The position numbers and the translations under genes were made by a program. From an uncultured Chloroflexia bacterium (GTDB lineage: Bacteria; Chloroflexota; Anaerolineae; Anaerolineales; E44-bin32), in assembly GCA_963743255.1 (NCBI GenBank), contig CAVUPD010000009.1, forward strand, positions 221,827-285,826: a stretch of DNA of 64,000 nucleotides, written 5' to 3'. Below are positions 44,592-53,634 of the stretch, one piece after another. Position 1 is the stretch's first letter. Each line of letters begins with the position of its first letter. Under the pieces are notes generated by a model, which saw only the letters and a program-made list of their open reading frames with translations, had not been told where the DNA came from and did no database searches.

Positions 44592-45539
44592 TCAATCCCA
44601 GTTTCGGAAATCGAACCCTATGGAGTCCGCCTCGATTTTTTCGACCTGGAAGCGGCCGTACCGCCCGTCGCTCGTCTTGTAGCAGAAGTAGGACTCCGTG
44701 CTGAAGTCGGTGAAGCTAACGGCGCCGCTGCCGAGGGAGGTCTCCTTGCAGTTGTCGTAGCCGGGCGTCCCCGACATCACCTTAAGCAGAGCGCCGTTCG
44801 TGGGCTCAAGGTACCGTTCGGTGTCGGACACGTAGTTCACCCACACGTCGCGGTTCGGATCGCCGGCGCTGGTCCCCCCGTCGAAGTCAATCGAGCCCCC
44901 GTTGTCAATCGTGAGCTTGCCCGCTCGATGGGCGACTACGCTTGGTGTCGGGGTGGGGCCGACGAGGATCTGGACGTAGAAAAGGGTCCCGAAGGGGACA
45001 TCGCTTGCGTTTCGCAAGCGGTAGTTGCCGCGGTGAACCCCGTTCGTCGTCGGAGCCGTCAGCTTGATCGAGATGTCGATGGTGCTGTTGGAAGGCACCG
45101 TGCCCGCCAACGGAACGGCGGCGGGCCCGCCCATCGGTAACCCGTCGGTGAGGATCGCCTCAAAGGACGAGGTCCAGTCGCAATTCCCCGAATTGCGCAG
45201 CCGCCAGGTCTTGGTGAAGCTCTGACCCGGTTTCATCACCGTGTTGTCGGGTATCGTGACGTCAGAGACGAATTGGGAAGCATCGTCGCAGGCGGTAGTT
45301 GCTGTGGGCTGGGGCGACACCGTTGGGGTGCTGGTCGACGGGGGCGGCGTCGGGGTGTCGGTCGACGGCACGGTCGGCGTTGCCAGGCTGACCTGGGTCA
45401 GATGTGCAGAGACGGTCTCGGCTGCGACGGTCTGAGTGAGTTGCTCCGGAGACGGCGGGCGAGGCATGTTGCACGACGCCAGGAATACAAGTCCGGCGGT
45501 GAGCGAGACGGCGATAGCGGGTCTCATTCGTACGTTCAA
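44592..45539 (-). CDS. Lipoprotein with Thr/Pro linker and NBR1-Ig-like domain
   Basis: Lipobox LASC, FVSDVTIPD..PGQSFTKTWRLRNSG.C.W, FYVQI. Confidence 0.85.
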   Translation of the reverse strand: MNVRMRPAIAVSLTAGLVFLASCNMPRPPSPEQLTQTVAAETVSAHLTQVSLATPTVPSTDTPTPPPSTSTPTVSPQPTATTACDDASQFVSDVTIPDNTVMKPGQSFTKTWRLRNSGNCDWTSSFEAILTDGLPMGGPAAVPLAGTVPSNSTIDISIKLTAPTTNGVHRGNYRLRNASDVPFGTLFYVQILVGPTPTPSVVAHRAGKLTIDNGGSIDFDGGTSAGDPNRDVWVNYVSDTERYLEPTNGALLKVMSGTPGYDNCKETSLGSGAVSFTDFSTESYFCYKTSDGRYGRFQVEKIEADSIGFDFRNWD

Positions 45540-45918
45540 GTGGACTACTCCGGGCCGCGCGTGAGAAGGGTGGACGGATCCACGCCGGTCCCCGCGATGC
45601 TACTTCGGGTGATCGATGGCTGTCAAGCGGGTGGGGCTGGGCAGTTGAATGTCAAGCCGGGATCACCATCTCCGGCTGAAGGATTCGGCTGCCAACCTGC
45701 CTCCATGCGCCGATCCGATCGACACGCGAGAGCACCAGGATCTCCCGCAGATCGCCTCCCGGCTCGAAGCCGACGATTCTGCATTCCTACGCGATAGGGC
45801 GATTCGCGATCCCTGCCGCAACAGAATCCCCCGCCGCACATTCATTGTGTCGTCCTTCGCCATTTGCCCGACTACCGTTACGGCCCCGACCACTTCAGCC
45901 AAGTCGCAAGACGCCTGC

Positions 45919-46278
45919 CTATCCCATCGGACTCAGCAGTTGAAAGTAATTCCCATCCGGGTCAGCCAGCGTCGCGATCCATCCCTCTCCCATCGCATAC
46001 GGCGCTTTGATGACCGCGCCGCCCAGAGCCTTGATCCGCTCAAACTCCTCTTTGACTTGCCCTGTTTCGAAATTGAACATCACGCGGCCAGGCTCTTTGG
46101 CGCTACCCCCCATGGCGGAATGCTCCAGGACTGAGAGGAACGCACTTCCCATTCGCCACCCCCAAAAGCCATTGTCTTTGTCGATCATGTCCGCCGGCTT
46201 TCCAAAGACGTCCTCATAAAAAGCCGCCAACGCCGCTGGTTGTTTCGTTCCGATCATGACGGAGCTCAGATTCAACAT
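45919..46278 (-). CDS. VOC/glyoxalase family protein
   Basis: FYEDVFG, ATLADPDGNYFQL; RBS AAGGA; lower GC than flanks. Confidence 0.88.
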   Translation of the reverse strand: MLNLSSVMIGTKQPAALAAFYEDVFGKPADMIDKDNGFWGWRMGSAFLSVLEHSAMGGSAKEPGRVMFNFETGQVKEEFERIKALGGAVIKAPYAMGEGWIATLADPDGNYFQLLSPMG

Positions 46279-46455
46279 TCTGCGCCAATCCTTTCTGGTT
46301 GCCAGTTGGGGAAACCATCCCGGGAACCTAATCCTGATCCCATTATAGCCAACCGGATTTGCCGTCGGGCCAGCAATTCGATTGTCATGCCGCGTGATGA
46401 GTTTGCTGCTGTGGATACTTCTCTCGAATGGACGGTCGGACTGGCCTGAAGGACC

Positions 46456-46954
46456 GCCCAACGGCCTCGAGCTATCGTAGACCGCCGAAGGTCCCGCGTT
46501 CTTGGCGGGATTCGTCCCGGATGTCTTCACCGGGATCCTGCGCTCGTTGCAGGGCAAGGTCCCACCTCGACGGTGGGAAGCTGCCCGGCGAAAGCGGGCG
46601 GTTCGCCAAGATTTCTCGCGCGTGCCGGCGGGCGAGGCGCCACACCCAACGCCCCAGCCCGTCGGGTCCGCCGAAGGCCCCGCGTCGCTGGCGAGGCGTT
46701 CTTTGCGGGGCGTCTTGGGCGGGGGTGACTTCCCAGGACCGAAGGCTGTCCGTCCGGGTGTCTGTAGCGGGATCCTGCCGTAGGCCCCGCCGAAGGCCCC
46801 GCCGGAGGTCCCGCCGGAGGTCCCGCGTAGTGTGCGGGGCGTTCTTTGCGGGGCGTCGTTGGCGAGGCGTTCTTTGCGGGGCGTCTTGGGCGGGGGTGCC
46901 CTCCCGGGGCCGTAGGTCCTGGTGATCGTCCAGGACTTCAGCCAGTTGTTAGGC
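46456..46954 (-). repeat. Modular repeat element copy 3 (about 500 bp) bounded by attC-like core sites
   Basis: Minus strand begins GCCTAAC (46954-46948) and ends agctcgaggccGTTGGGC (46462-46456); interior is tandem 12- and 14-bp units. Confidence 0.7.
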
Positions 46955-46971
46955 GGACGGGATGCCGCCCT

Positions 46972-47820
46972 TCATCCACCGATCCGCCTCACCGGAGGTC
47001 GCAAACCGAGATACCCACCCAGGAGGGCGAACCCCAGCAGCAAAACCAAGAACTCACCACCGGCGAGAACGATCGTAACCTCCAACCCCACTTTCAGACT
47101 GGGCGGGAGCCCCTCCCGCAACTGCGCGGCCGCGAGTCCGACCCCTGCCAGGATGCCGACGCCGCACGCAAGCCGCCAGGGGTGGAGCCTCGGGTTGAGC
47201 CACGGAACTCGGGACAATAGCAGGCCGGAGTCAAAGCGCAATATGGATTCGAAAAGTGGACGGGGAAGGACTCGTTTCAGATGCCGGGACGGAATTCGGA
47301 CAAGCGCCCACAGGTCATCGATGGCGTCTGCCAGGGTCAAGTCCTCCGGGGGGCGAGGCCCAGGCACTTGGCGCGCAAGGATCACAAGCAGCATTCCACA
47401 GGCGACGCACAGTACGGACATGAAGATCAACTGCCACTGGAGGACCCGACCCCAATAGGATGGAAGTGGCGACCGTGTAGCTTCGGCCACCGCATCTGCA
47501 AGGAGAGTGACCAGGACTGCTGAAAGAACGACGGCGTTGCCTCGCAGGATCAAGCGGACCCTTGCAGCCAGAGAGAACTCGGACTGCAGCCTCAGGGAAC
47601 GGGCATAGGTCAGGACGCCAACCACCAACCCCACTTGGAAGGCGAACGATCCAACGGCATCGTAGGGGTCCGTGGAGAATGGGTTGTCTTGAACGAAGGG
47701 AGGTCCCTTGTTGACGAAGAAGAATAGGGTGAAGACTACCGCATAGGCGAGGACAAGCGCCGAGACCAAGTGAAGGGCCCGTGCCGCCCGCACATCAATC
47801 GTCGCGCCTTCCCTATCCAT
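46972..47820 (-). CDS. Hypothetical integral membrane protein
   Basis: 282 aa, about 6 TM helices, NPF..DPYDAVGSF motif, RBS AGGTAGG. Confidence 0.7.
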   Translation of the reverse strand: MDREGATIDVRAARALHLVSALVLAYAVVFTLFFFVNKGPPFVQDNPFSTDPYDAVGSFAFQVGLVVGVLTYARSLRLQSEFSLAARVRLILRGNAVVLSAVLVTLLADAVAEATRSPLPSYWGRVLQWQLIFMSVLCVACGMLLVILARQVPGPRPPEDLTLADAIDDLWALVRIPSRHLKRVLPRPLFESILRFDSGLLLSRVPWLNPRLHPWRLACGVGILAGVGLAAAQLREGLPPSLKVGLEVTIVLAGGEFLVLLLGFALLGGYLGLRPPVRRIGG

Positions 47821-48128
47821 TGCCTACCTACGCGCATCCGCCTGAGAAATGATTTTACAACTCCCCTCTCTCGCTGGTAGGTCACCCCGACAGGAGAGGG
47901 GACGATGCGAACCGCAGGCCGAGGCCGCTGAGGCGGATTGATACGCGAGACAGGCGGGTCGGCGATTGCGCGCGGCGCGTGCCGCCATGGTTCGATCCAC
48001 TTTAGGGGGAGCAGGCGTGCGCAAGGGATGTGCGGCGCAGGCGGCATTTTGACCACTCACCAATCCGCGCTGCCAAGCCTGCAGTCAGTGGTACGATTCC
48101 ACACGTCACGATCAGTGGAGGTCGGCAA

Positions 48129-48590
48129 ATGGCTATGCCAAAGGTCGGAGAGGTGGCGCCGGATTTCACTCTGACTTCCGACACGGGAGATTTAGTGAAC
48201 CTCAGCGCCCTGCGGGGTGGTCCGGTGGTCCTGTATTTCTATCCCCGGGATGACACCAGCGGGTGCACGGCTGAGTCGTGCAGCATTCGGGACGACTATG
48301 GCGCCTACCGGCAGGCCGGCGTCACCATCCTTGGCGTCAGCCCCGATTCCGTCGCCTCGCACGTCAGGTTCAAGGAGAAGTACAAGCTGCCCTTCTCGCT
48401 GCTGGCTGACGAGGACCATTCGGTCCTGGAGGCCTATGGCGCCTGGGGAATGCGGAAGGCGCGCATGGGCGTCCTGCGGACGACGTTCCTGATCGCCCCG
48501 GACGGAAAGATCGCCCACGTCTTCGAGCAAGTGAAACCGCAGGGACACAGCACGGAGATCCTGGCCGCGTTGAAGGAAGTCCGGCCGTAG
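48129..48590 (+). CDS. bcp: Peroxiredoxin Bcp/PrxQ
   Basis: APDFTL, YFYPRDDTSGCTAESC, GVSPD, RTTFLI. Confidence 0.92.
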   Translation: MAMPKVGEVAPDFTLTSDTGDLVNLSALRGGPVVLYFYPRDDTSGCTAESCSIRDDYGAYRQAGVTILGVSPDSVASHVRFKEKYKLPFSLLADEDHSVLEAYGAWGMRKARMGVLRTTFLIAPDGKIAHVFEQVKPQGHSTEILAALKEVRP

Positions 48591-48744
48591 GAAAATCAAC
48601 CGAACGTCCGGACCCCCAGTCGGCTGCGCTTGCCTCCCAAGGTTGGGCCCTCTCGGACGTCCCCACCCTACTCCTTCCGACCGCCAGGTTGTGCAGCAAC
48701 CTAGGGGTGGGACCACAGCGGAGAGCTGGCGAGGGCGAGCCCCG

Positions 48745-50061
48745 TCACTCAGCTCGCGGCCGGGAGAGGAGCTTGTATCCTCGGCCGCGCTGGGTGATCA
48801 GGTAGCGCGGGTTGGCCGGGTCCTGCTCGATCTTGCTCCGCAAGCGGCTGACGAGCTTCTCCACGCGGGCGTCGTCGATCTCGTCCAGGTAGCCTTCGCC
48901 CCACACGGCCGTCACGATCTGGTACTTGTCGGTTAGTTTGTCGCGCCGCCCGTGCAGGAGCTGCAGCAGCTTGTACTCGAGGTCGGTCAGCACGGGGATG
49001 CGGACCTCGTCCACCCACACGTCGCCGGAATCGGGGTCCAGGCGAACCCCGGCGGCGGGCGTCTCCGGCCCGCGCAGGCGGCGCGTGACGAACGCCTCGA
49101 AGATTGGCGAGAAGGGCCGGCCGGCACGCAGCAGACCGAGTGACTCAAGGTGCTCCAACTGCTGGGGAGGCAGGCTGCTCGCCGGCTCCACTGCCAGGCT
49201 GATGATCGCCTCCTGCTCCTCGGGCGTCAACTGGTTCCAAATCTTGAGACATTCGGCGCGCGGCGTCGGTTCCAGGCCGACAACCTGGAGCGCGTCCCCG
49301 AGCTGCTCGGTCTCCATCCCGGCGACGACCTGCGCCGCCGCCACCAGGAGCCCCAGGTGCCCGCCGGCCAGCTCCAGGCAGGCCGCCACGCGCTTGGTAC
49401 CCAGGCCGGGGATGTTCAGCGAGCCGAGGATCTGTCGCGCTTCGTCATCGTCCAGCGGCGGCATCGGGTAGGTCGAGCGGGCGAACATCTCGGCGAATTC
49501 GTCTTCCACCGTGCTGCCGCGCAGGTCGGGGAGCACGCGAAGCGTGGCGGTCACGTACCCGAGCCGATCCTTGAAGCGGTCGCGCAGAGCCCGCAGGTTC
49601 AGCAGGGCGCGGTCATCCAACGTCGTGTACAGCTCGTCGAATTCATCGATCAGCAGACACAAGTCGCGCCCGAGGTGCTCGCACAGATCGGTGAGCGCCA
49701 GGTTGAACGACAGCGAAGCATTGAAGGCCGTGGTGGCGTCGGTGACTTCCTGGTGGTGGGCGCGGAGCGTGGCATTGATGTCGAGCGCCACTTGATCGGC
49801 CAGCGCCTCGAGCAGCGAGCGCAGGACGACCTCGTAGAAGCCCTGGGCCGAAATGGCCACCGCCCGGTTGCAGTCGACGTAGATCATGACCGCCCGCCGG
49901 CCGCACAGCTTGGCGTAGATGCGCTCGGCGGTTTGCCCGGAGAGGGCGCGCATCAGCGTCGACTTACCGGTGTTGCTCAGGCCGACCAGCGCCGCACATC
50001 GTCCGGCGGATAGATCGGTCAGCACCCGGCGGGCAAGGCTCTCGTAGGGCAGGACGGCCAT
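48745..50061 (-). CDS. STAND-like P-loop NTPase with C-terminal OmpR-type winged helix
   Basis: GLSNTGKST, LLIDEFD, AGGH; LTDLEYKLL..VWG..LVSRLRSKIE.DP.NPRYLITQRGRGY. Confidence 0.82.
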   Translation of the reverse strand: MAVLPYESLARRVLTDLSAGRCAALVGLSNTGKSTLMRALSGQTAERIYAKLCGRRAVMIYVDCNRAVAISAQGFYEVVLRSLLEALADQVALDINATLRAHHQEVTDATTAFNASLSFNLALTDLCEHLGRDLCLLIDEFDELYTTLDDRALLNLRALRDRFKDRLGYVTATLRVLPDLRGSTVEDEFAEMFARSTYPMPPLDDDEARQILGSLNIPGLGTKRVAACLELAGGHLGLLVAAAQVVAGMETEQLGDALQVVGLEPTPRAECLKIWNQLTPEEQEAIISLAVEPASSLPPQQLEHLESLGLLRAGRPFSPIFEAFVTRRLRGPETPAAGVRLDPDSGDVWVDEVRIPVLTDLEYKLLQLLHGRRDKLTDKYQIVTAVWGEGYLDEIDDARVEKLVSRLRSKIEQDPANPRYLITQRGRGYKLLSRPRAE

Positions 50062-50154
50062 CGGCGATCCCCCATCACGACGCGACGGCAGGGCCAACGC
50101 AAGGTTGACCCTGCCGGGATGAGACGCTTGCGTGCACTCGAACGGATGGCACGC

Positions 50155-50697
50155 CTAGGTCGTCGAGCGCATCCGCAGCTGGCGGGAGACGATCACCACC
50201 ACGACCAGCAATACGCCCAACAGTACCAGCCCGGGCAATCCGACTTCGTCGGCGAAACCCGTGCTGGGGAGCGCCGTGGCGGTCGGCGTGCCTCCGCCGC
50301 CTCCCGCAGCCGCCAACGTTGCCTGGGCGATCGCCGTGGCGATGCCCGGGTCAACCGTCGATTGCGGCGTTGACGTCGGTGACGCCACGACGACGACCGC
50401 CGTAGGCGTGGCGGTGGCCGACGGAACCGGCGTGCGCGTCGGCGCCCTGGTGTTGGTGGGGTGCAGGGCGGCCGCCGTCTGCGTCAGCGATCCGGCCGTC
50501 TTGGTGTTGTCCAAGATGATCTGGGTCGCCTGCGCGTTGCGCGACTCCTGCTGGCGCGGCGCCACCACCAGCGCATACAGCGCCAGGCAGACCATGCTCA
50601 GGACGAGCAATCCGCCCACCGCAGCCGCGGCGAACACGAAGGTCCGGTTGGACGATTCCTCCGGCGGCGCGCTACCGACCTCGAAGTCTTCTGCCAT
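50155..50697 (-). CDS. Thr/Pro-rich surface protein with N-terminal TM and C-terminal LPXTG-like sorting signal
   Basis: LPSTG, then hydrophobic stretch and RQLRMR tail; RBS GAGGAG. Confidence 0.75.
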   Translation of the reverse strand: MAEDFEVGSAPPEESSNRTFVFAAAAVGGLLVLSMVCLALYALVVAPRQQESRNAQATQIILDNTKTAGSLTQTAAALHPTNTRAPTRTPVPSATATPTAVVVVASPTSTPQSTVDPGIATAIAQATLAAAGGGGGTPTATALPSTGFADEVGLPGLVLLGVLLVVVVIVSRQLRMRSTT

Positions 50698-50759
50698 TGT
50701 CGCTTCTCCTCACGCCATGTCCTGACGACGCCCCTCGTGGTCCGGCGCCGGGGCACGGT

Positions 50760-51827
50760 CTACTGGATGACTTCCAGATTGGCCAGAGGAATCATCCGAT
50801 TCCCCAGACCCTCGATCTCGACGGCTGCACTGCGGGCGAGCAGCCCGCTCGGAAAGTCGGCGGCTTTGACAGGCAGGTCGCGCACGATGCCGACCGCGCC
50901 GTGGAACGGCGCTCGCAGCACGCGCACGCGCACACCCGCCGCCAGCGGGATGACGTCGTCAGGAACATCCGCCTGCCGGCTGGTCGGCATCGGGATGATG
51001 ACTTCGGGGCGCTGGTAGCTGTAGCGGTCTCCCGGGCGGGCGTCGACGGCGGCATCCCGACCGACGTTCGTGGTGAGCATCCCGTAGGCGACCGTGTTCA
51101 TCGGCAGCGAGCCGAAGCCTTCGGTGATCATCAGCGGGTACGGCAGGCGCAGCGCCACGGGGATGAGGTCGGAGGTGATCGAGCCAAGCACGATCCCACG
51201 CACCATCAGTTCAGTCGCCTGGTGCAGCGGGGCAGGCTGATCGCAGGTCCCGCCGATCAGCACGGCGCCGCGCAGGTTGATGTCGAGCATGTCGGTCTGC
51301 ATCCGCGCCGCCGGTCCGCTGCCCAGCGTGCGCATCACGCCGAAATCTTGCCGGCCGTTGCCCCAGATGCCCTGCACCAGCGCCGCCGTAGTCTCCAGCG
51401 TCACCGACTGGGTCCCGTCCGAGGCCACCACCATGGCCGGCATGCCGGCCCGGAGGCCGATCGGCTCGCCGCGCACCTCGAACAGCACGCGGCTGCCCTC
51501 GATGGCGACCACGCGGCCGTCGGCCGGGGCGCGCACCGTCCGGCGGGCGACACCCACCGGGCCGGCGATCGTATCGCCCATCTCCACGCGGTCGCCCTTC
51601 TCGCGAACCAGGTAGCCCGGCGCTTCCTTCGGCGGTACGCCCAGCCCGCGGGCCAGGTCGAGGTACACGTGGCGGGGTGCCGTCTCGGCTTCGGCGATCA
51701 CGTCCACGGCCTGCACCCGCTCGTTCAACCGGGCAGTGACCGTCCCGGCAATAGGCAGCGTCCGGTCCCGCCGGACGATCGTCAGCGGCAGGACGTGCGA
51801 GACGGGAGGCAAGTAGGCAGATTTCAT
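50760..51827 (-). CDS. Conserved hypothetical protein with sandwich-barrel-hybrid-like repeats, alpha/beta domain and KOW-like C-terminus
   Basis: NERVQAVDVIA, KGDRVEMGDTIA, VRAPADGRVVAI, VQGIWGNG, ITEGFG, RVRVLRAPFHGAVGIV. Confidence 0.7.
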   Translation of the reverse strand: MKSAYLPPVSHVLPLTIVRRDRTLPIAGTVTARLNERVQAVDVIAEAETAPRHVYLDLARGLGVPPKEAPGYLVREKGDRVEMGDTIAGPVGVARRTVRAPADGRVVAIEGSRVLFEVRGEPIGLRAGMPAMVVASDGTQSVTLETTAALVQGIWGNGRQDFGVMRTLGSGPAARMQTDMLDINLRGAVLIGGTCDQPAPLHQATELMVRGIVLGSITSDLIPVALRLPYPLMITEGFGSLPMNTVAYGMLTTNVGRDAAVDARPGDRYSYQRPEVIIPMPTSRQADVPDDVIPLAAGVRVRVLRAPFHGAVGIVRDLPVKAADFPSGLLARSAAVEIEGLGNRMIPLANLEVIQ

Positions 51828-51867
51828 GGCCAGGTGAGACCCGGGTTGCAAGAGAAGTGCCAGACCG

Positions 51868-53634
51868 TCATTGGAGCGCCCCGATGTCGAACAACCACTT
51901 CTGGTTGAGCTCCCGGCGCCGGCCGGGATCCTTCGGTAGCAACAGCGGGCGCCCTCGAGCGTCAATGATCAGCCCGACCGCCCCGCCGGAGACTTTCAGC
52001 GCCCCGGCCTTCCCGGGCCCGCCCAACCCGACATCGAACCCCCGCTCCGGGCGCAGCGTAAGCCGGCCGACTTCGCCCGGTCCCAGTGGGAGCACGACCA
52101 ATTGGCCGAGCCGGACCTCGCCTTCCAGCGCCGCCTGGCCCTCTCGCTCGAGCTTGACCCTGGCCACAGCCCGGCCGGCCCGCCCCCCTCCCATCGGGGA
52201 AACCACGGTGCCCAGGCTGACGAAACTGCCCGATTCCATGACGTGAACGGTGACCATCGGCAGCACAGCTGCCGCCGCGCCGAGGGCGGGCGTCAGGCTG
52301 TGCGGGTCAAGGACCAGGGTGGTGATCCCGGTTGGCTGCAGCGAATCCAACAGCGCCAGCGCGGCATAGCCCGGGCGCGGCGCCCGTGACAGCACGCCCC
52401 CGCCCGCCAGGATCGGCTCCATCTGCGGAAGCCCCGCCAGACTCCGTCCATCCTTGCCCTTCGGCCAGCCGGCGCGCGCCATGCCGAGCGCGATCTGCAG
52501 GACCTGGCGCGCCAGGGCGAATTCCAGGTGCAATTCGTCTCGCTCCATCGGGATCGTGGCTGGATGGAGGGACTTGTTGAAGATGTAGTCGCGCACCAGA
52601 TCGTCTTGCAGGTCGGTGGGCAGCCAGCGCGTGATCGACTCGATCGAGGTGTGACGCAACAGCGAAGGCAGCGGTGCCCCCAACCCGAGGTCAGTGCGCA
52701 CCGTCAGGCGCAAGTCACCTCCGAAGCCGGCGGCGATGGTCGTCTGCGAGGCGCCGATGTCGACGCCCAGCACGCCCTTACGCGGGTCGTACGTCTGGCT
52801 CAGGTGACGGATCACGCGCCCGAAGGCATCCGCCGTCAGCATCACGTAGCCGCCCGACCACTGGCGCATCTCGTCGTAGCCGGAGATCTTGGCACCGCGT
52901 AGTTCGGCGATGACTTCGGCCAGCCGGTTGCGCGCCGGCGTCAGGTCGTCACCCTCCAGCCCGGGGCGTACATTGGGCGCCAGCGAGACCGAGGTCCGGT
53001 CGGCGAAGCGTTCGACGATCGCGGCCCCCAGCTGGCGGTTGCCGGCGAACAGGACGCGCGGCACCGGCCCGCCGGGGCGCAGCCCGGCCGCCATGGCGAC
53101 GCCTTCGACCAGCCGCAGGACGGAGGCGCTGGCGCCGCCGTCCGTCCCGCCGACGATTAAGATCAGGTCGGGCCGGGTGGCGAGGATCAGGTCGATCTGC
53201 TCTTCCTCGCGCCGCCGGTCGGCGAGCCCGATCTCCTCGACCACATCCAGGTAGGTGGAGGTGGCCAGGCGCCGGCCGGATTCCAGCGACACGCCCGGGG
53301 TCAGCCCGACCAGGACGGCGCGCAAGCGAGGTCCGGCGGACGAGGTGGCGACGAACACGTCCACGCCCGCGCCTTGCGACGTACTCGGCATGATCAGGCC
53401 TTCGGAGTCGTCCAGCAGCCGGCGGCCGGTGATGGTCTGGACCTGATCGAGCGCAATGCGCACGCCTTCGCCGATATCGAGCAACGGCGTCGTCGCCGTG
53501 GAGAGCGAGCGACCGGTGGCCACCAGACGATACTGGTTGTCGACCACATCGAACAGGCTGGCCCGCGTGTGGACACTTCCCACGTCCACGGCCAGCAGCG
53601 TTTCGGAGTCGACCATCGTCGGCAGGTCCATCAT
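51868..53634 (-). CDS. Glutamate mutase L (GlmL/MutL)-like ASKHA-fold protein
   Basis: AVDVGSVHTRA, ATSSAG, PDLILIVGGTDGG, GVDIGASQT, GGGVL, IIDARGRPL. Confidence 0.82.
   Translation of the reverse strand: MMDLPTMVDSETLLAVDVGSVHTRASLFDVVDNQYRLVATGRSLSTATTPLLDIGEGVRIALDQVQTITGRRLLDDSEGLIMPSTSQGAGVDVFVATSSAGPRLRAVLVGLTPGVSLESGRRLATSTYLDVVEEIGLADRRREEEQIDLILATRPDLILIVGGTDGGASASVLRLVEGVAMAAGLRPGGPVPRVLFAGNRQLGAAIVERFADRTSVSLAPNVRPGLEGDDLTPARNRLAEVIAELRGAKISGYDEMRQWSGGYVMLTADAFGRVIRHLSQTYDPRKGVLGVDIGASQTTIAAGFGGDLRLTVRTDLGLGAPLPSLLRHTSIESITRWLPTDLQDDLVRDYIFNKSLHPATIPMERDELHLEFALARQVLQIALGMARAGWPKGKDGRSLAGLPQMEPILAGGGVLSRAPRPGYAALALLDSLQPTGITTLVLDPHSLTPALGAAAAVLPMVTVHVMESGSFVSLGTVVSPMGGGRAGRAVARVKLEREGQAALEGEVRLGQLVVLPLGPGEVGRLTLRPERGFDVGLGGPGKAGALKVSGGAVGLIIDARGRPLLLPKDPGRRRELNQKWLFDIGALQ

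Noticed and set aside
46480-46910. Tandem repeats as a CRISPR array
   Set aside because: Units are 12-14 bp, degenerate and contiguous, with no unique 30-40 bp spacers and no cas genes
51868-53634. Glutamate fermentation (methylaspartate pathway) locus, or DNA mismatch repair MutL
   Set aside because: No glmS/glmE or methylaspartase nearby; the protein is ASKHA-type, not a GHKL ATPase
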